Below are positions 31,359-42,150 of a stretch of 64,000 nucleotides of DNA, in pieces. Location of the stretch: positions 576,001-640,000 of the forward strand of contig CBDCJO010000002.1 of assembly GCA_965217865.1 (NCBI GenBank). The letters run 5' to 3'. The position numbers and the translations under genes are program-made. Positions within the stretch are counted from its first letter, which is position 1. The number at the start of each line of letters is the position of its first letter. This stretch comes from Candidatus Latescibacterota bacterium. GTDB taxonomy: Bacteria; Latescibacterota; UBA2968; SICM01. Under the pieces are notes generated by a model that saw only the letters and a list, made by a program, of their open reading frames with translations, made no database searches and was not told the origin of the DNA.

Positions 31359-33133
31359 TCAACGCGTTACAAAAACGGGGTACTTGCCCAACTCGCCCTG
31401 GAGCGTTTTGGCGAGCAGACGGGCCTGGATTTCGAGTAATCGCCGATAACTGACACGATAGTCGAAGAGAGGATGCGTAACGAGCGTGTCCATCCGGGCC
31501 TCATACGCGCGGAAGAACCCCTTTCGCCCCGCAGCCGTCAACGAGACCGCGTCCCCCGCCGTCACGAAGTCACGCTCGGAGACCATCTTCGTGTTCACCG
31601 CGCTCAGCACGGCCGAATCCGCGATCAGGGGCCGTAACGGCTCCATCAGGTCCAGCGCCAGCGCCGGCCGGCCATGACGCGGCTGGTGATAGAAACCGAT
31701 CATCGGATCAAAGCCGACGGCGTAGCAGGCGACGGTCAGATCCTTCGCCAGGAGGCTATAGCCGAGCGACAACAGGGCGTTAACGGGGTCACGCGGCGGT
31801 CGCCGGTTCCGGGCCTGAAAATTGAAAGCGAACGCCGGATCGCCGTCCCACGCTTCGTCGCGTTTCAACATGCCGCCGAACAGCCCGAAATAGATGCGTG
31901 CCGCCCAGCCCTCGACGCCCAACAGCTCTTCGAGCGAACCTGCGGTTTCCGCTCGGCCCACGAGCCACTTCAATTCCCGCAACGCTGCCGTGGGCGGTTC
32001 GACGTGATTGCGCCGCAGCATCGTCCGTTGATTGCGAATCTTGCCCGCCACGAACTGGCGGGCCAAGCGCAGGCAATACCAGGACTCGTCGGACAGACGG
32101 AACTGCGCCTGCCGCAAGAAGACGTTCTTGGTGTTTAGCCCGGACGTAACACCGTAGAACCAGCCCCCCTGGGAGAAGTAGCAGACAGGGATCTCCGCCT
32201 CACACAACGCCTGCACGGCCTGCGTGCTGATTTGGATACTGCCCATCAAGCTGACCTGGCAAATCGCGTTGATGCGCGCTTCCTGAACCACCTTGTCGCG
32301 CTCTTTGATGCGGAGGACTCTACCGCTCTTGCCCACGCGCAGTCTCTGGAATTCAAATACAGAGGCTTCTGATCGGCGCGCGGCGCGACAAGGAGTCGGG
32401 GCTCTCGGACCGCAGGGTTCGGGCTTCGCCGTCTCCCCTCGAACAAGTCGAGTTGTTCCACGCCCTCGGTTTCGGTGTGAGCTTGCAGACGCCAGGTTTC
32501 ATCCGGCAGGCAGATGCCGACCAACGAACAACCGGGACACTTGGGCGAGTCGATGAGCGGCGGAGGTATTGCGGTCGCCGCCGCCGTCGCCCACGCCTTG
32601 GCGATGGCTCGCTCGGCTTCGGCGATCGTCTCGTCGTCGAACGGGACACGCACCCGCTGCCGCGTCTTCCGGTAGAAAACAACGCCCTCGTCACAGCAAT
32701 AGCCATTGGCGCGCAGCACGAGCGCCTGGACGGCCAGTTGGACGCGGTCGCTGGGCCAGGCTGCCACACCGTGCTCACCGTCCATCGGACGGCCGTGCTT
32801 GTAGTCGACCGGCGTGGCCCGGCCCTCTGCGAATTCCGCCAGGTCGAGCTTGGCGATGACACCATGTTCTTCCGACGACAGCGTGATCGAGCGCGCCACG
32901 ACGGGCGCTTCCGGTTCTTCACCCGGCCGGGGTGCCGACTGCGCTTCCCTGTCGACGTGCCTGTGCTGGGCGGCACCCTCGGCGGTGTGCTCGTTGTGTA
33001 CGAAGACACCTTCCACCTGCTCGAAGTAGAACAGCCGCGGGCAATAGACATACTCGTTGATCATGCGCGCGGAAAGATAGTCGGGCAATGGCCGACGGGA
33101 TGAGTGGAGTTCTTGCGCGGGGAGAGCGCTCAT
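31359..33133 (-). pseudogene. cas1: Cas4-Cas1 fusion with a single frameshift near 32345
   Basis: Cas4: EYVYCPRLFY, KLD...VDYKHG, QL, CPGCSL..IC. Cas1: LLGVEG.AA..YF, RNRRPPRDPVNALLSLGY, GFYH, LALDLME..RP..AD. The linker reads LYLNS then LRVGKSG in different frames. Confidence 0.9.
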
Positions 33134-33150
33134 GACAACTTTTGCCTCCG

Positions 33151-33660
<510 letters not shown>

Positions 33661-33718
33661 CTAGGCAAGGACGAGTTGGCGGTCGTGGTCATACGATGGG
33701 GCCTAAACCCCGTTCTCT

Positions 33719-34963
33719 CTATACGGTTAGAGGCAGCTTCAGTTCCAGTTGCGGCCAACGTAGGATATCCGAGTCGCAAAGGTCGAGGGCCGAGAGCGCT
33801 GATTCCCAAAACGACTCGAAAGACTCTTTCTTGACGGACAGCAAGCCGTGAGCCAGCAGCGAGTTATTCCGTTTTTGTAAATGGTCCTTGAGGCAATCGT
33901 AAATATGAGATTGCTTACCAGGCGCCTCGTCCGCGCTGAACTCCAAAATCCGGAACAGATTCCGGACACCGAGTTTATATGGGCCATCGTTAGGTTGTCC
34001 AAGCCTCTCAATAACGTCTTCACGACGAACAGCCGGAAAACATTCTATCGAGACCTTGCCCATTTCAGCGCCGAACGCCTGCTTTACGAGTTGCTGACCG
34101 CGCAGCTCGACGGCGCGGTATAGCCTGCTGATGGCGTCGTCATAGCGCGACTGTTTTGCGCGTCTGTCGGCGTTGGCAAGAAGTTCAAGCAGGGTTTCAT
34201 GCCCCGCAGTCTTATCGTTTTGTGCCACCTGATCCTTGACGGCCGTCCAATGCTCATCCAGAGATACCAGCCTCTCGTAGAGCGGATGGTCGAGCGAGAG
34301 TTCCAGTTTTTGCCGCCAACGGCGAAACTCATTGTGGGCTCCCTTAAAGTCAAACCGGTCGGCCAGCCCGAGAGCCTTGGCGAGCCCGGCGAACGCCTCC
34401 AAGCGCGCTCGCTGCGACTCGTCACTCTTTTGTGCGGCATTCTCAAGAATCGCGGCGGCGGAATCGGCGTAGAATTCCGCCAACAACCCGTTCGCACGCT
34501 CAAGTTCGCGCACGGCGTACGTAATCCACGGGTTTTGGCATCTGACGACACGTTCGGATCCGGTAATGACCGTGCCAAGATTGTTGGAGTCGCGGCTGGA
34601 GCCGCCCACATAAACAAAATTTTTGAAATGCTCGACAGCGGCAAGCGTGAGTGCGGCCGACATGGGTTTGGTGCCGCCGGTAATGTCTACATATACCTCC
34701 TCGGGGTCCAGCTTGCGCTCGCTGAGCCACCTCTCTATATCGGTCCGAATCTCCTGATAGCAGATCCCGATATCCTGGTGATCTGAGATCTCCGAATACC
34801 CGTATTGAGGAACATAATCCAGCCCGGGCAGGATCTCGTTTTCCACCTGAGACCTTGAATCACCGGAGACAACAAATAGAACATAAGCGGGCCGGGCTTC
34901 CAAAGCCTTGCGCACCGGTTCTGGTGAACCTCCAACACTGGCGATCGTTCCGCGTAGGCTCAT
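33719..34963 (-). CDS. CARF-HEPN type III accessory ribonuclease (TIGR02710/Csm6-like)
   Basis: SVGGSPEP, VDITGGTKPMSAAL (CARF); DDA..RLYRAVE, RNNSLLAHG (HEPN). Confidence 0.9.
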   Translation of the reverse strand: MSLRGTIASVGGSPEPVRKALEARPAYVLFVVSGDSRSQVENEILPGLDYVPQYGYSEISDHQDIGICYQEIRTDIERWLSERKLDPEEVYVDITGGTKPMSAALTLAAVEHFKNFVYVGGSSRDSNNLGTVITGSERVVRCQNPWITYAVRELERANGLLAEFYADSAAAILENAAQKSDESQRARLEAFAGLAKALGLADRFDFKGAHNEFRRWRQKLELSLDHPLYERLVSLDEHWTAVKDQVAQNDKTAGHETLLELLANADRRAKQSRYDDAISRLYRAVELRGQQLVKQAFGAEMGKVSIECFPAVRREDVIERLGQPNDGPYKLGVRNLFRILEFSADEAPGKQSHIYDCLKDHLQKRNNSLLAHGLLSVKKESFESFWESALSALDLCDSDILRWPQLELKLPLTV

Positions 34964-35910
34964 TGGTCGGTTTCCTTTCGCCAGATCATGGGGACGGCGA
35001 GCCCGAAGGCGGCTTGAACCGGGTGGATGCTCCGTGCGGCAAGCGATTGACGAGCACTCTTGCTGAGCAAGCGTTCCGGGCCAATAGGGGCGCCGTAGAA
35101 AGGTTTTGGAGGGAGATTCGTGCGGAAGCAGGCACCCGCCGCCAGCATGACCTGCGGACGTTTGAACACGGCGCTGGAGTGGAACTCCGGGGCCAGTTTT
35201 CCGTATTTGACAAAAAGTCGCCAGAAGCCTTCCGTCGGGTCATCGGCCGCCGGTTGGAAAGTCGAGAGTGAGATGAAGCCGTCGGCACCGGGAATATCAT
35301 TCAGTTCAGGACAGGGCGTCGGATTGCCGTCCAGTTCAAAGCCGCCATGGCCCACCGAGGCATCGGCGCCGTATCCGGTCCGCCCCAGCATTTCAAGAGC
35401 TTCCATCAAAATCCGCATGCCGCCAGCGGAAGCCCGAGCAAAAATGGTCAAGTCGCCGTCGGACTTGCTGAGACTCGAAAACGGAACTTCAAAAAGTTCA
35501 CCGCCGTCGCCCGTGGTATTGGAAGCGCGGGAGATGGAGTTGCGTAGCCGCACGTGATCACGGATAGAGATGCCGGGATATTCCAGCTTGGGTTTCCCTC
35601 CACCTTGGACCCAACAAAAATCGGCAGTAGTCATCCAGCGATATTTCTTGATGTCCTTGCGCTCCTCTGGAGGCCAATCCCACCACAACGGGAGGCTCGC
35701 CGGCGCTGGCAGCGAATCGCCGGGAAAAGCGTCCGAGATGACAAATAGCGGCTCGCGGGCGAGCCATGGATCCAGAAAATCCCGCCGGAGCGCGGTCGGA
35801 CCCCGAGAACGCGCCCATGCGCACGCCATAGCGCCAAGAAGCGAATCCGCCTGCCAGGGCGTGGTCCAAACCCCGAGGGGCTTCAGCTTCAGGCGGATCA
35901 ATGTGTCCAT
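34960..35910 (-). CDS. csm4: Csm4 (Cas5-group RAMP)
   Basis: ADSLLGA, ISDAFP, RNSISR, GYGADASVGHGGF, K....M...GA.F. Confidence 0.85.
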   Translation of the reverse strand: MDTLIRLKLKPLGVWTTPWQADSLLGAMACAWARSRGPTALRRDFLDPWLAREPLFVISDAFPGDSLPAPASLPLWWDWPPEERKDIKKYRWMTTADFCWVQGGGKPKLEYPGISIRDHVRLRNSISRASNTTGDGGELFEVPFSSLSKSDGDLTIFARASAGGMRILMEALEMLGRTGYGADASVGHGGFELDGNPTPCPELNDIPGADGFISLSTFQPAADDPTEGFWRLFVKYGKLAPEFHSSAVFKRPQVMLAAGACFRTNLPPKPFYGAPIGPERLLSKSARQSLAARSIHPVQAAFGLAVPMIWRKETDQ

Positions 35911-36548
35911 GGCTCCCCGTCCAATTTGAAATCGTCGAAACTCACCGCTCCCGAACCCCGACTCGTCCCACCTCCCAATCCCGTCATTTGCACCAGATTC
36001 AAGCCGTTGGCAACGACTGCTTGGAGAGCTTCATCGCCGTTACGCCCCCCGTACTCGAATCCGGCGTCGAGATCGAAGACTTGCAGAACAATCTACATCT
36101 TGAACTCCGTGCCCTCGACTACACGCTCGTTCGACCGCGGATGTTCGGCCGCGCCCGTTTGGCGGTTGATCACGTTTTCCGTCTTATTCTCAATGCGACC
36201 GCCCTGAAGAAGCCGTCCGTCGCGGACGATGATGCGGGAAGGACCGAGGTTGCTCTTGGGATTCATGTGCGCTCCAAATACCCGACAGACGGGGCACTCC
36301 GCATTTGCACATCCACAAGGTTTGTCCTTCTGGTTCTGGCCGCCGAATCGACCCAGCTTTTTCTCCAACTCGGCCCGCATCTTTCCCTTGAGCGACGAGC
36401 CTGGAATGTAGGGCTTGTGAGTTTCCGGGTTCTTGATCACCGGGTTGTCGGAGCCGCCAATGGCCAACTCGTCTTGCGAACCTCCGATATGAAGGCCGCT
36501 TTCGCAGCGAACAGTAAAGGTAATGGTGTGAATGGCTGTTCTTTGCAT
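35898..36548 (-). pseudogene. csm3: Csm3 (Cas7-group RAMP) interrupted by an in-frame TAG at 36093-36095
   Basis: GLHIGG...GGSDNPVIK, PYIPGSSLKGKMR, CPVCRVFG; the same frame resumes after TAG and contains GLGGGTSRGSG. Confidence 0.9.
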
Positions 36549-36549
36549 G

Positions 36550-37080
36550 TCAGCGTCTCTCCTTCATGTATGCGGCCCCAAATCCGACCAGCGCCTCGAA
36601 ATGTGGTAGAAAGCCTTCCAGAAATGTCTTTTCAGGCTCTTCCGCGGCGACTACCCGTTTCACGTTCCTATTGATGAAATCTTGAAATTCTGGCGGAATC
36701 TTGCGCGCCTCGACCGCGTTCTGAGCATGGTAACAAAGTGCCTCGAAGCGGGCAGATACGCGAAGCCAACTTTCGCCGTCAACTTTCAATTGGCGTTCAA
36801 TCTCACGACAGTGATTGAAGAAACGGCGTAACTGGCCGGTAGTCAGTTTGGGATTAGACTGAGTTGCAAGCTGCTTGGCCAAATGATCAACGTTCTTCTT
36901 GGAGACGAAGTCGGGTTGAAGATAGCTTTGGCCCCGGTCATCAATCTTGAAGTACGAGTCCGGTAATTTCGGAAGGGCTTTCCCTGGTGGCCTGCTACGA
37001 TCATCGCGGCCACGGTCTCGTCGCTCTGATTGTGTAGATTGTAATCCCGCCCGTTTCATAGCATCTCGCATGTCAGCCAC
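36550..37080 (-). CDS. csm2: Csm2 small subunit
   Basis: LTTGQLRRFF...HFEALVGF; located between cas10 and csm3. Confidence 0.85.
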   Translation of the reverse strand: MADMRDAMKRAGLQSTQSERRDRGRDDRSRPPGKALPKLPDSYFKIDDRGQSYLQPDFVSKKNVDHLAKQLATQSNPKLTTGQLRRFFNHCREIERQLKVDGESWLRVSARFEALCYHAQNAVEARKIPPEFQDFINRNVKRVVAAEEPEKTFLEGFLPHFEALVGFGAAYMKERR

Positions 37081-38542
37081 GGCGTTCTTCCTTTCCCGAT
37101 CGTGTTGCCAGCAAGGCATAGCGCAGACTTGCCGCCGGTTCGGTTACGCGCCGATCGTTGCGCTCCAGATATTCGAGCACACGGTCCGCCCAGCGACGAA
37201 AGTCGGTGTGACGGCGGGGGCACATGCGCTCGATTTGATAAGCCCAGCGAGCCGCCCGCAGAGGCTCACTGTTCTCTGCGAGCCGGAGTAAACGATGCAG
37301 CAGTGCGCGAGGAGCCACGCCGGCTTCAACCCAGTCCGCAAGCCGCTTGCCATCGCCTACCACAGACTCATGTTGCTTCCAACTCCAATCCGTCCCCAGG
37401 GCGGCGCAGCGGTTCTTGCCCGGACGTTGCTTGGCCGACTCCAGGAGTTCCTCTGCGCGCTCGACGGCGTGACGAATCGGCACCCGGTAAGGGGTCAAGG
37501 CGACTCCGGCGCTGAAAGTCATTGGCACATACTCGCGGCCTGGCCCGGACTCAAACTCTCTTGCCAAAAACCCGGCAAAATCGAGCACGATGTTCCAAGG
37601 GCCAACTAGCAGCAGATCGTCCCCACCGGCATACAGCGTATAGATCAAAGGCCATGACTCTGCCAACAATTCCTGAATTGTCTGCCCGAAGAACTCATGC
37701 AGACTGTAACTGAAAGACCTCAGCCGCTGATACGACGGATCTTCTCCGGCTATCTGTCCAACCCGCACACCCATATCGTCCACATCGGCTTTCAGCACAG
37801 CCAAACGACGGTCGCCGCGGGATTGGTCCGCAATCTCCTGGAATGTCAGCGGTTCGCCGGAGTCGGAATGGCGCGGTATCCAGCGACTCACTCGAAAGGA
37901 TCCAGGAGTCCGGCTTTCCGATGCCTCAAAGGCGATGCCCAACGCTCGCGCCGAGCTGCCGCCGGGGCGCATCCATTTCCACTGTGTCAGCTTTTCACCG
38001 AGTTTGCGGGCCTCCAGACAGCTCTTACAATGGAGAACCTCCTTACCTTTATCCTGTACGCTCTGCTGCCCCGGAGATTGTCGGCAGACTTCACACGGTT
38101 CGTCAAGTGGAGGTTGACTCCAACCGTCCGGGTTCCAGCCGCTATTGTTTTGCAGCATGGAAGCTCCTATACGGCGCTTCTGAACTTCCAGATGATAGCG
38201 GGCGGCGTGGAGTGTCTCTGCCCAGTCCAGCGAGAACTGAACTTCTCCGCCGGATTCATCCCAAAGCTTGCGTTGCAAGCCGGAACGAATCTCCTCGATC
38301 AGAACGGGGTCAGTATCAGGTGGAATCCGCACCAGAAAACCACCCCCACCCCGGACCAGAACCTCATCATTGGCAATACTCAAACGTTCCTTTATCGTCC
38401 AAAGTGCGGCATGTTCGAAGAGTTCGAGCAGGAACGACCGGGATCGCAGGCGCTTCGCCTGCGCTTTGCCCGCGCTCTTCACTCGCAACACGAAGTGCTG
38501 GATTCCCGAGAGGTCACCGATCAAGTAGATTGCATCATTCAT
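37073..38542 (-). CDS. cas10: Compact Cas10/Csm1 lacking the HD domain (489 aa)
   Basis: Starts at Palm1 (GDLSGIQHFV...LRSRSF); Zn finger CEVC/CKSC; Palm2 KADVDDMG and YAGGDD. Confidence 0.92.
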   Translation of the reverse strand: MNDAIYLIGDLSGIQHFVLRVKSAGKAQAKRLRSRSFLLELFEHAALWTIKERLSIANDEVLVRGGGGFLVRIPPDTDPVLIEEIRSGLQRKLWDESGGEVQFSLDWAETLHAARYHLEVQKRRIGASMLQNNSGWNPDGWSQPPLDEPCEVCRQSPGQQSVQDKGKEVLHCKSCLEARKLGEKLTQWKWMRPGGSSARALGIAFEASESRTPGSFRVSRWIPRHSDSGEPLTFQEIADQSRGDRRLAVLKADVDDMGVRVGQIAGEDPSYQRLRSFSYSLHEFFGQTIQELLAESWPLIYTLYAGGDDLLLVGPWNIVLDFAGFLAREFESGPGREYVPMTFSAGVALTPYRVPIRHAVERAEELLESAKQRPGKNRCAALGTDWSWKQHESVVGDGKRLADWVEAGVAPRALLHRLLRLAENSEPLRAARWAYQIERMCPRRHTDFRRWADRVLEYLERNDRRVTEPAASLRYALLATRSGKEERRG

Positions 38543-38545
38543 GTG

Positions 38546-38758
38546 TCACGACTTACCTCTGCTCTCCATAGCGCGTCCGACCTGCATGGAGTCCTCAATG
38601 CCAGCGCCGGAGATACCGTCTGTGGACTCGTCACGGAGGTGCTGCCGAATGTAGGTTTGTTCTTCCTCGAATGTCATGTCTCTGACCTGCTCACAAAGTG
38701 CATCTCGGATTGAGCGCATCATGTGTACGGCGTCGAACCGCTTCTCAGTATTCTCCAT
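38546..38758 (-). CDS. Small putative antitoxin partner of the PIN protein
   Basis: KRFDAVHMMRSIRD...MTFEE; overlaps the end of the PIN gene. Confidence 0.55.
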   Translation of the reverse strand: MENTEKRFDAVHMMRSIRDALCEQVRDMTFEEEQTYIRQHLRDESTDGISGAGIEDSMQVGRAMESRGKS

Positions 38759-39209
38759 AGTCGATTACCTCCCTGGGCGTTCTGATTTCGAGTATTGGAT
38801 AGCCTTGGCGCAGATTCACTGAGTTGTACGCATGAATCCGTCGCAGGTTCACAACGTGCTTGAAGTTCCAGCTCACCATGACATCGACTCGGCTGGTTGT
38901 AGCGATAGCAATGTGTTGGGCATCTATCCTGTTTGCCGTGCCGATAACTCCCGAATCAACATACCGGTGTGCGAGTGCGGCAGCTTCTTCAGTCAATTCA
39001 ACATGCTCTCGATGTGTTTCTGGCACTTTCTTGAGTACTGCTCGCACGGCCGCTGGCGCTGACAGAAGCTCCAATGAGGTCAGGCTGGATAGCACAATCG
39101 TTGCCTCGCCACGCTTGAATGCATCCACCAACAGTTGTGACGCTTCCTCGAATTCGGCGTCGAGACAGCCTCCAATGACCGATGTGTCGGTGTAGATTCT
39201 TCGTTTCAT
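38745..39209 (-). CDS. PIN-domain (VapC-like) protein
   Basis: IYTDTSVIGG, EL, DAQHIAIA, VSWNFKH, EIRTPREV. Confidence 0.85.
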   Translation of the reverse strand: MKRRIYTDTSVIGGCLDAEFEEASQLLVDAFKRGEATIVLSSLTSLELLSAPAAVRAVLKKVPETHREHVELTEEAAALAHRYVDSGVIGTANRIDAQHIAIATTSRVDVMVSWNFKHVVNLRRIHAYNSVNLRQGYPILEIRTPREVIDYGEY

Positions 39210-39464
39210 CGTGGGTTCCGTTGCATCTGGCCACGGGAATCCAGTGTTCGATTTCAATCAACCGAATCAGTGCCCGTATAGCGCTCGATGATCGAGTCGC
39301 CGACCTCAGCGAGGCGGGCTGGTTCCGTAAGCTGCCTTAGCAGCCTGGATCGCCTTTCGGCCGTTTCAGCATCGTATTTCCGCGCGTTCGGGCTGAACAT
39401 TCCCCCGCAGTGATTGGACGCGGACAAACGATATGGTGAGTTGTCAAGTATCAAGCATGCAGTC

Positions 39465-41135
39465 TCACTGGCAACGAAACAAACCCAAGCCAAAATGCGA
39501 TGCATATCCAAGCGCTAACGGACCTCGAATCGGACGATCAAACTCGATCCGGATGGCGAAGCCACAGCGGATGGGAGGCTCCGGCCTATCCCGCCGCGCA
39601 AGCACAAAATGCCGCAGGCGGGACCAGCGCGGATTGTGGTCCTTCGGACTAGCTCCACTTGCTTCTTCCACCAAACGGATGAACCGAGACGGACACGGAT
39701 TCGGCGCGAGTTGATGCACCGACTTGGGCTCCGGTAGATTACGAGAACGTAACTCTGCACGCACCTGTTCAGTAAGGGAATTTTTCCCTTGAACCTTGAG
39801 GTAGCGTGGGGGGACGAAGGGCGTCAGTGTCTCCCAGACGCGCGCATTCCCGGCACCTAAAAGACGCCCCATCTGATCTCCAAGACTACCCGGCAGGCGT
39901 TCCAAATCGGCTAAGGAACCAGTTGCGGAAACGGCCAACCGCAATGGGTCGACGCCGCCTTTGGTAAAAGTTTTGCGTGCATCTCGGATAGCCGCTTGCG
40001 CATCGGCGTCGAGACCCATGCGCGCCCAGATGACGATATGATCGAGGTGACCGTCATCGTCGAGGTCCAGAGGAATGACGTGGGCATGTTTGTGAGCGCC
40101 TTTCAGGGGTCGGCTGTCTTTATCGCGACCAGTGAGTACCGAGGGAACCGCCCCCTTCTTCGCAGCGATGCTCACCAGAGCCTTGTGGAGCAATTCGCCT
40201 TGCGGTAGCGTCCTTGTCACCGGCGGCAACGCATGGTCATTGCGGCTGGCATTGGTCAGGGACAACAGCATGGCCTGGACCGGCTCGGCAGATTGCATTC
40301 TCCTCGTGGCTTTGGGCGCACCAACCTCAATGGCGTTGGTTCGCCGCCAATAGAAGACGCGTCGGCTGCCCGGCGGCTGGCTCCACCCATGCTGGCGCAG
40401 CCAGTTTGTGTCCTTCTGCAAGCAATCGAGTAGATCAACGGGGAAAGGGTCCGCGGCTCTTTTCCGGTCCTGCGGGCTCTTCTTCGACGGTTCTTTTCCG
40501 TCTGTAAGGGGCAAGCGGACCAATGCCTCTTCCAGACGCTCCAATCGCCAATTCTCGAAATCGCGAGCACCCACGGCCGCAAGCATCGCGACCTGCTCCC
40601 AGCCAAGTCCGGGTGATGCGCCCATCTGTTCGGGAAAACAGTTGCTTTCTGGCGCGACTTCGCCTTGCCCAATCACACGGCCCATGATCCAGCTTTCCGA
40701 ACGCCCCAGATAACCGAGACGCTCCACTAGGGAACCAAGGATGGCAGACTCCTCTTGACTCAGGTTCACGTCGTTCCACGTGACCGTTAACTCCTCATCT
40801 TCGACTCGTCCCCAGGTGTCGAAGACCAAAGTGGTTTTTTCAACCTTCTTTCCGTCCAGTACGGCAGTGGGCATGTAATGGCGGCTATGCGCACCCACGG
40901 CAGGCGGCAGGTGATAGCTCGGAAGTTCTGCGGCCAACTTCTCCACCAGACGGCGGGCGACGGATGGCAGGCGGTCGCCATTCCAAATCCCGGAGGTGTA
41001 GCTAACCGAGACCAGCGCACGGAGCAGACGCCATGGCGAGGGCGGCCACTCGATCAAGCCTTCGTTGACGTGATGACCCCAAGGAGTGGCGTGATACCGC
41101 CCAGCGGGAAAGTGAAATGCAAGGGTGACGGCCAT
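39465..41135 (-). CDS. csb2: Type I-G Cas5/Cas6 fusion Csb2
   Basis: GRYHATPWG...EWPPSPWRLLRAL; C-terminal GPLALGYASHFGLGLF. Confidence 0.93.
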   Translation of the reverse strand: MAVTLAFHFPAGRYHATPWGHHVNEGLIEWPPSPWRLLRALVSVSYTSGIWNGDRLPSVARRLVEKLAAELPSYHLPPAVGAHSRHYMPTAVLDGKKVEKTTLVFDTWGRVEDEELTVTWNDVNLSQEESAILGSLVERLGYLGRSESWIMGRVIGQGEVAPESNCFPEQMGASPGLGWEQVAMLAAVGARDFENWRLERLEEALVRLPLTDGKEPSKKSPQDRKRAADPFPVDLLDCLQKDTNWLRQHGWSQPPGSRRVFYWRRTNAIEVGAPKATRRMQSAEPVQAMLLSLTNASRNDHALPPVTRTLPQGELLHKALVSIAAKKGAVPSVLTGRDKDSRPLKGAHKHAHVIPLDLDDDGHLDHIVIWARMGLDADAQAAIRDARKTFTKGGVDPLRLAVSATGSLADLERLPGSLGDQMGRLLGAGNARVWETLTPFVPPRYLKVQGKNSLTEQVRAELRSRNLPEPKSVHQLAPNPCPSRFIRLVEEASGASPKDHNPRWSRLRHFVLARRDRPEPPIRCGFAIRIEFDRPIRGPLALGYASHFGLGLFRCQ

Positions 41136-41141
41136 GAAACC

Positions 41142-42146
41142 TTACTCGTTATCTGTATCTTCCGCATCATCAGCAGTAGCGTCGTCTTCTGCCTTGCCTT
41201 TCTTGAGTTCGTCTTCGAACTTGATCTCGCTCACCTTCATACGATCTTGGCAGGTGGCGACTGCTGACGTCAGATCTGCTTCCAAATCCACCAAAGTCGG
41301 CAAAGCCCATTGGGAAGGCATGAAGGCTTTGACATCCTCGTCCTTGAGTTGAAAATCGCAAGCGGTTCGCAGCCGAATCCCTTCATCGGTTAGAGCCCGT
41401 ATTTTATACAGCGCCAATAGGATCAGGAGGCGTTCCGCACTGTCGCCCAGTCCGTAACCACGGATTTGGGCCAAATCGAGATTGACATAGAGCGTGATCG
41501 ATTCCGCCGTGTATTCGTCTCGTGCGAACGGAACGTTTCCGAATCCTTTCTTCGTGTCGCCCTGGGGGTTGACGTGATCGTTCTTCACACCGCCGGAAGG
41601 AGCGACCTGTACATTGTCCGCTTCTATAAAAGCTGACAGAGCACGAGCGACTCGAAGGCGCCCACCCGCCAGTTGTTTCTTGGCCAGGAACACACCATGC
41701 AGTAGAGAATTGATATCGTACTTTAGAATCACGTCAGCTAGCTTCTGACGATCGATAGGGCCGGTCTCCATCACCCCCAACTCTTCTCTGAGCGAATTAA
41801 TAAAAGTATTATCACTGTTTTCCAGCAGGTACGGGCTATTCAGCCGGTGGGACTCCAGTATCGTGTCCGTCAGAAATCCGCCGTTACGAGTTACACACAC
41901 GTGCGAAAGACCTTCCAATTCCTCCTTGACGTCCTGTTTCGCCGAATCCCAGATGGTCATCTCCAAGTGGTTGGCCATGCTCTGCACCGACTCCACCAGC
42001 AAGCTTGCGCCGTCCTGAACTTGGAACGTCGCAGCGCCCAGGGACGGGAATCCAGTGGGTTGGAAGCGATGGCCTAAAATCGGCTCCAATGGGATCTTAA
42101 ACAGCAGGCGGTTGGTGTCCTTGAGCGACTTCAGATTGATGGACAT
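41142..42146 (-). CDS. csb1: Type I-G Cas7 (Csb1)
   Basis: RFQPTGFP, LLVESVQSMANHLE, HRLNSPY, SLLHGVF, GGVKND, GFGNVPF. Confidence 0.92.
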   Translation of the reverse strand: MSINLKSLKDTNRLLFKIPLEPILGHRFQPTGFPSLGAATFQVQDGASLLVESVQSMANHLEMTIWDSAKQDVKEELEGLSHVCVTRNGGFLTDTILESHRLNSPYLLENSDNTFINSLREELGVMETGPIDRQKLADVILKYDINSLLHGVFLAKKQLAGGRLRVARALSAFIEADNVQVAPSGGVKNDHVNPQGDTKKGFGNVPFARDEYTAESITLYVNLDLAQIRGYGLGDSAERLLILLALYKIRALTDEGIRLRTACDFQLKDEDVKAFMPSQWALPTLVDLEADLTSAVATCQDRMKVSEIKFEDELKKGKAEDDATADDAEDTDNE

Positions 42147-42150
42147 GGTC

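Noticed and set aside
39254-39511. 85-aa ORF as a hidden csm5 or Cas11
   Set aside because: No RAMP Gly-loop or recognisable motif, far too short for Csm5, and it overlaps csb2
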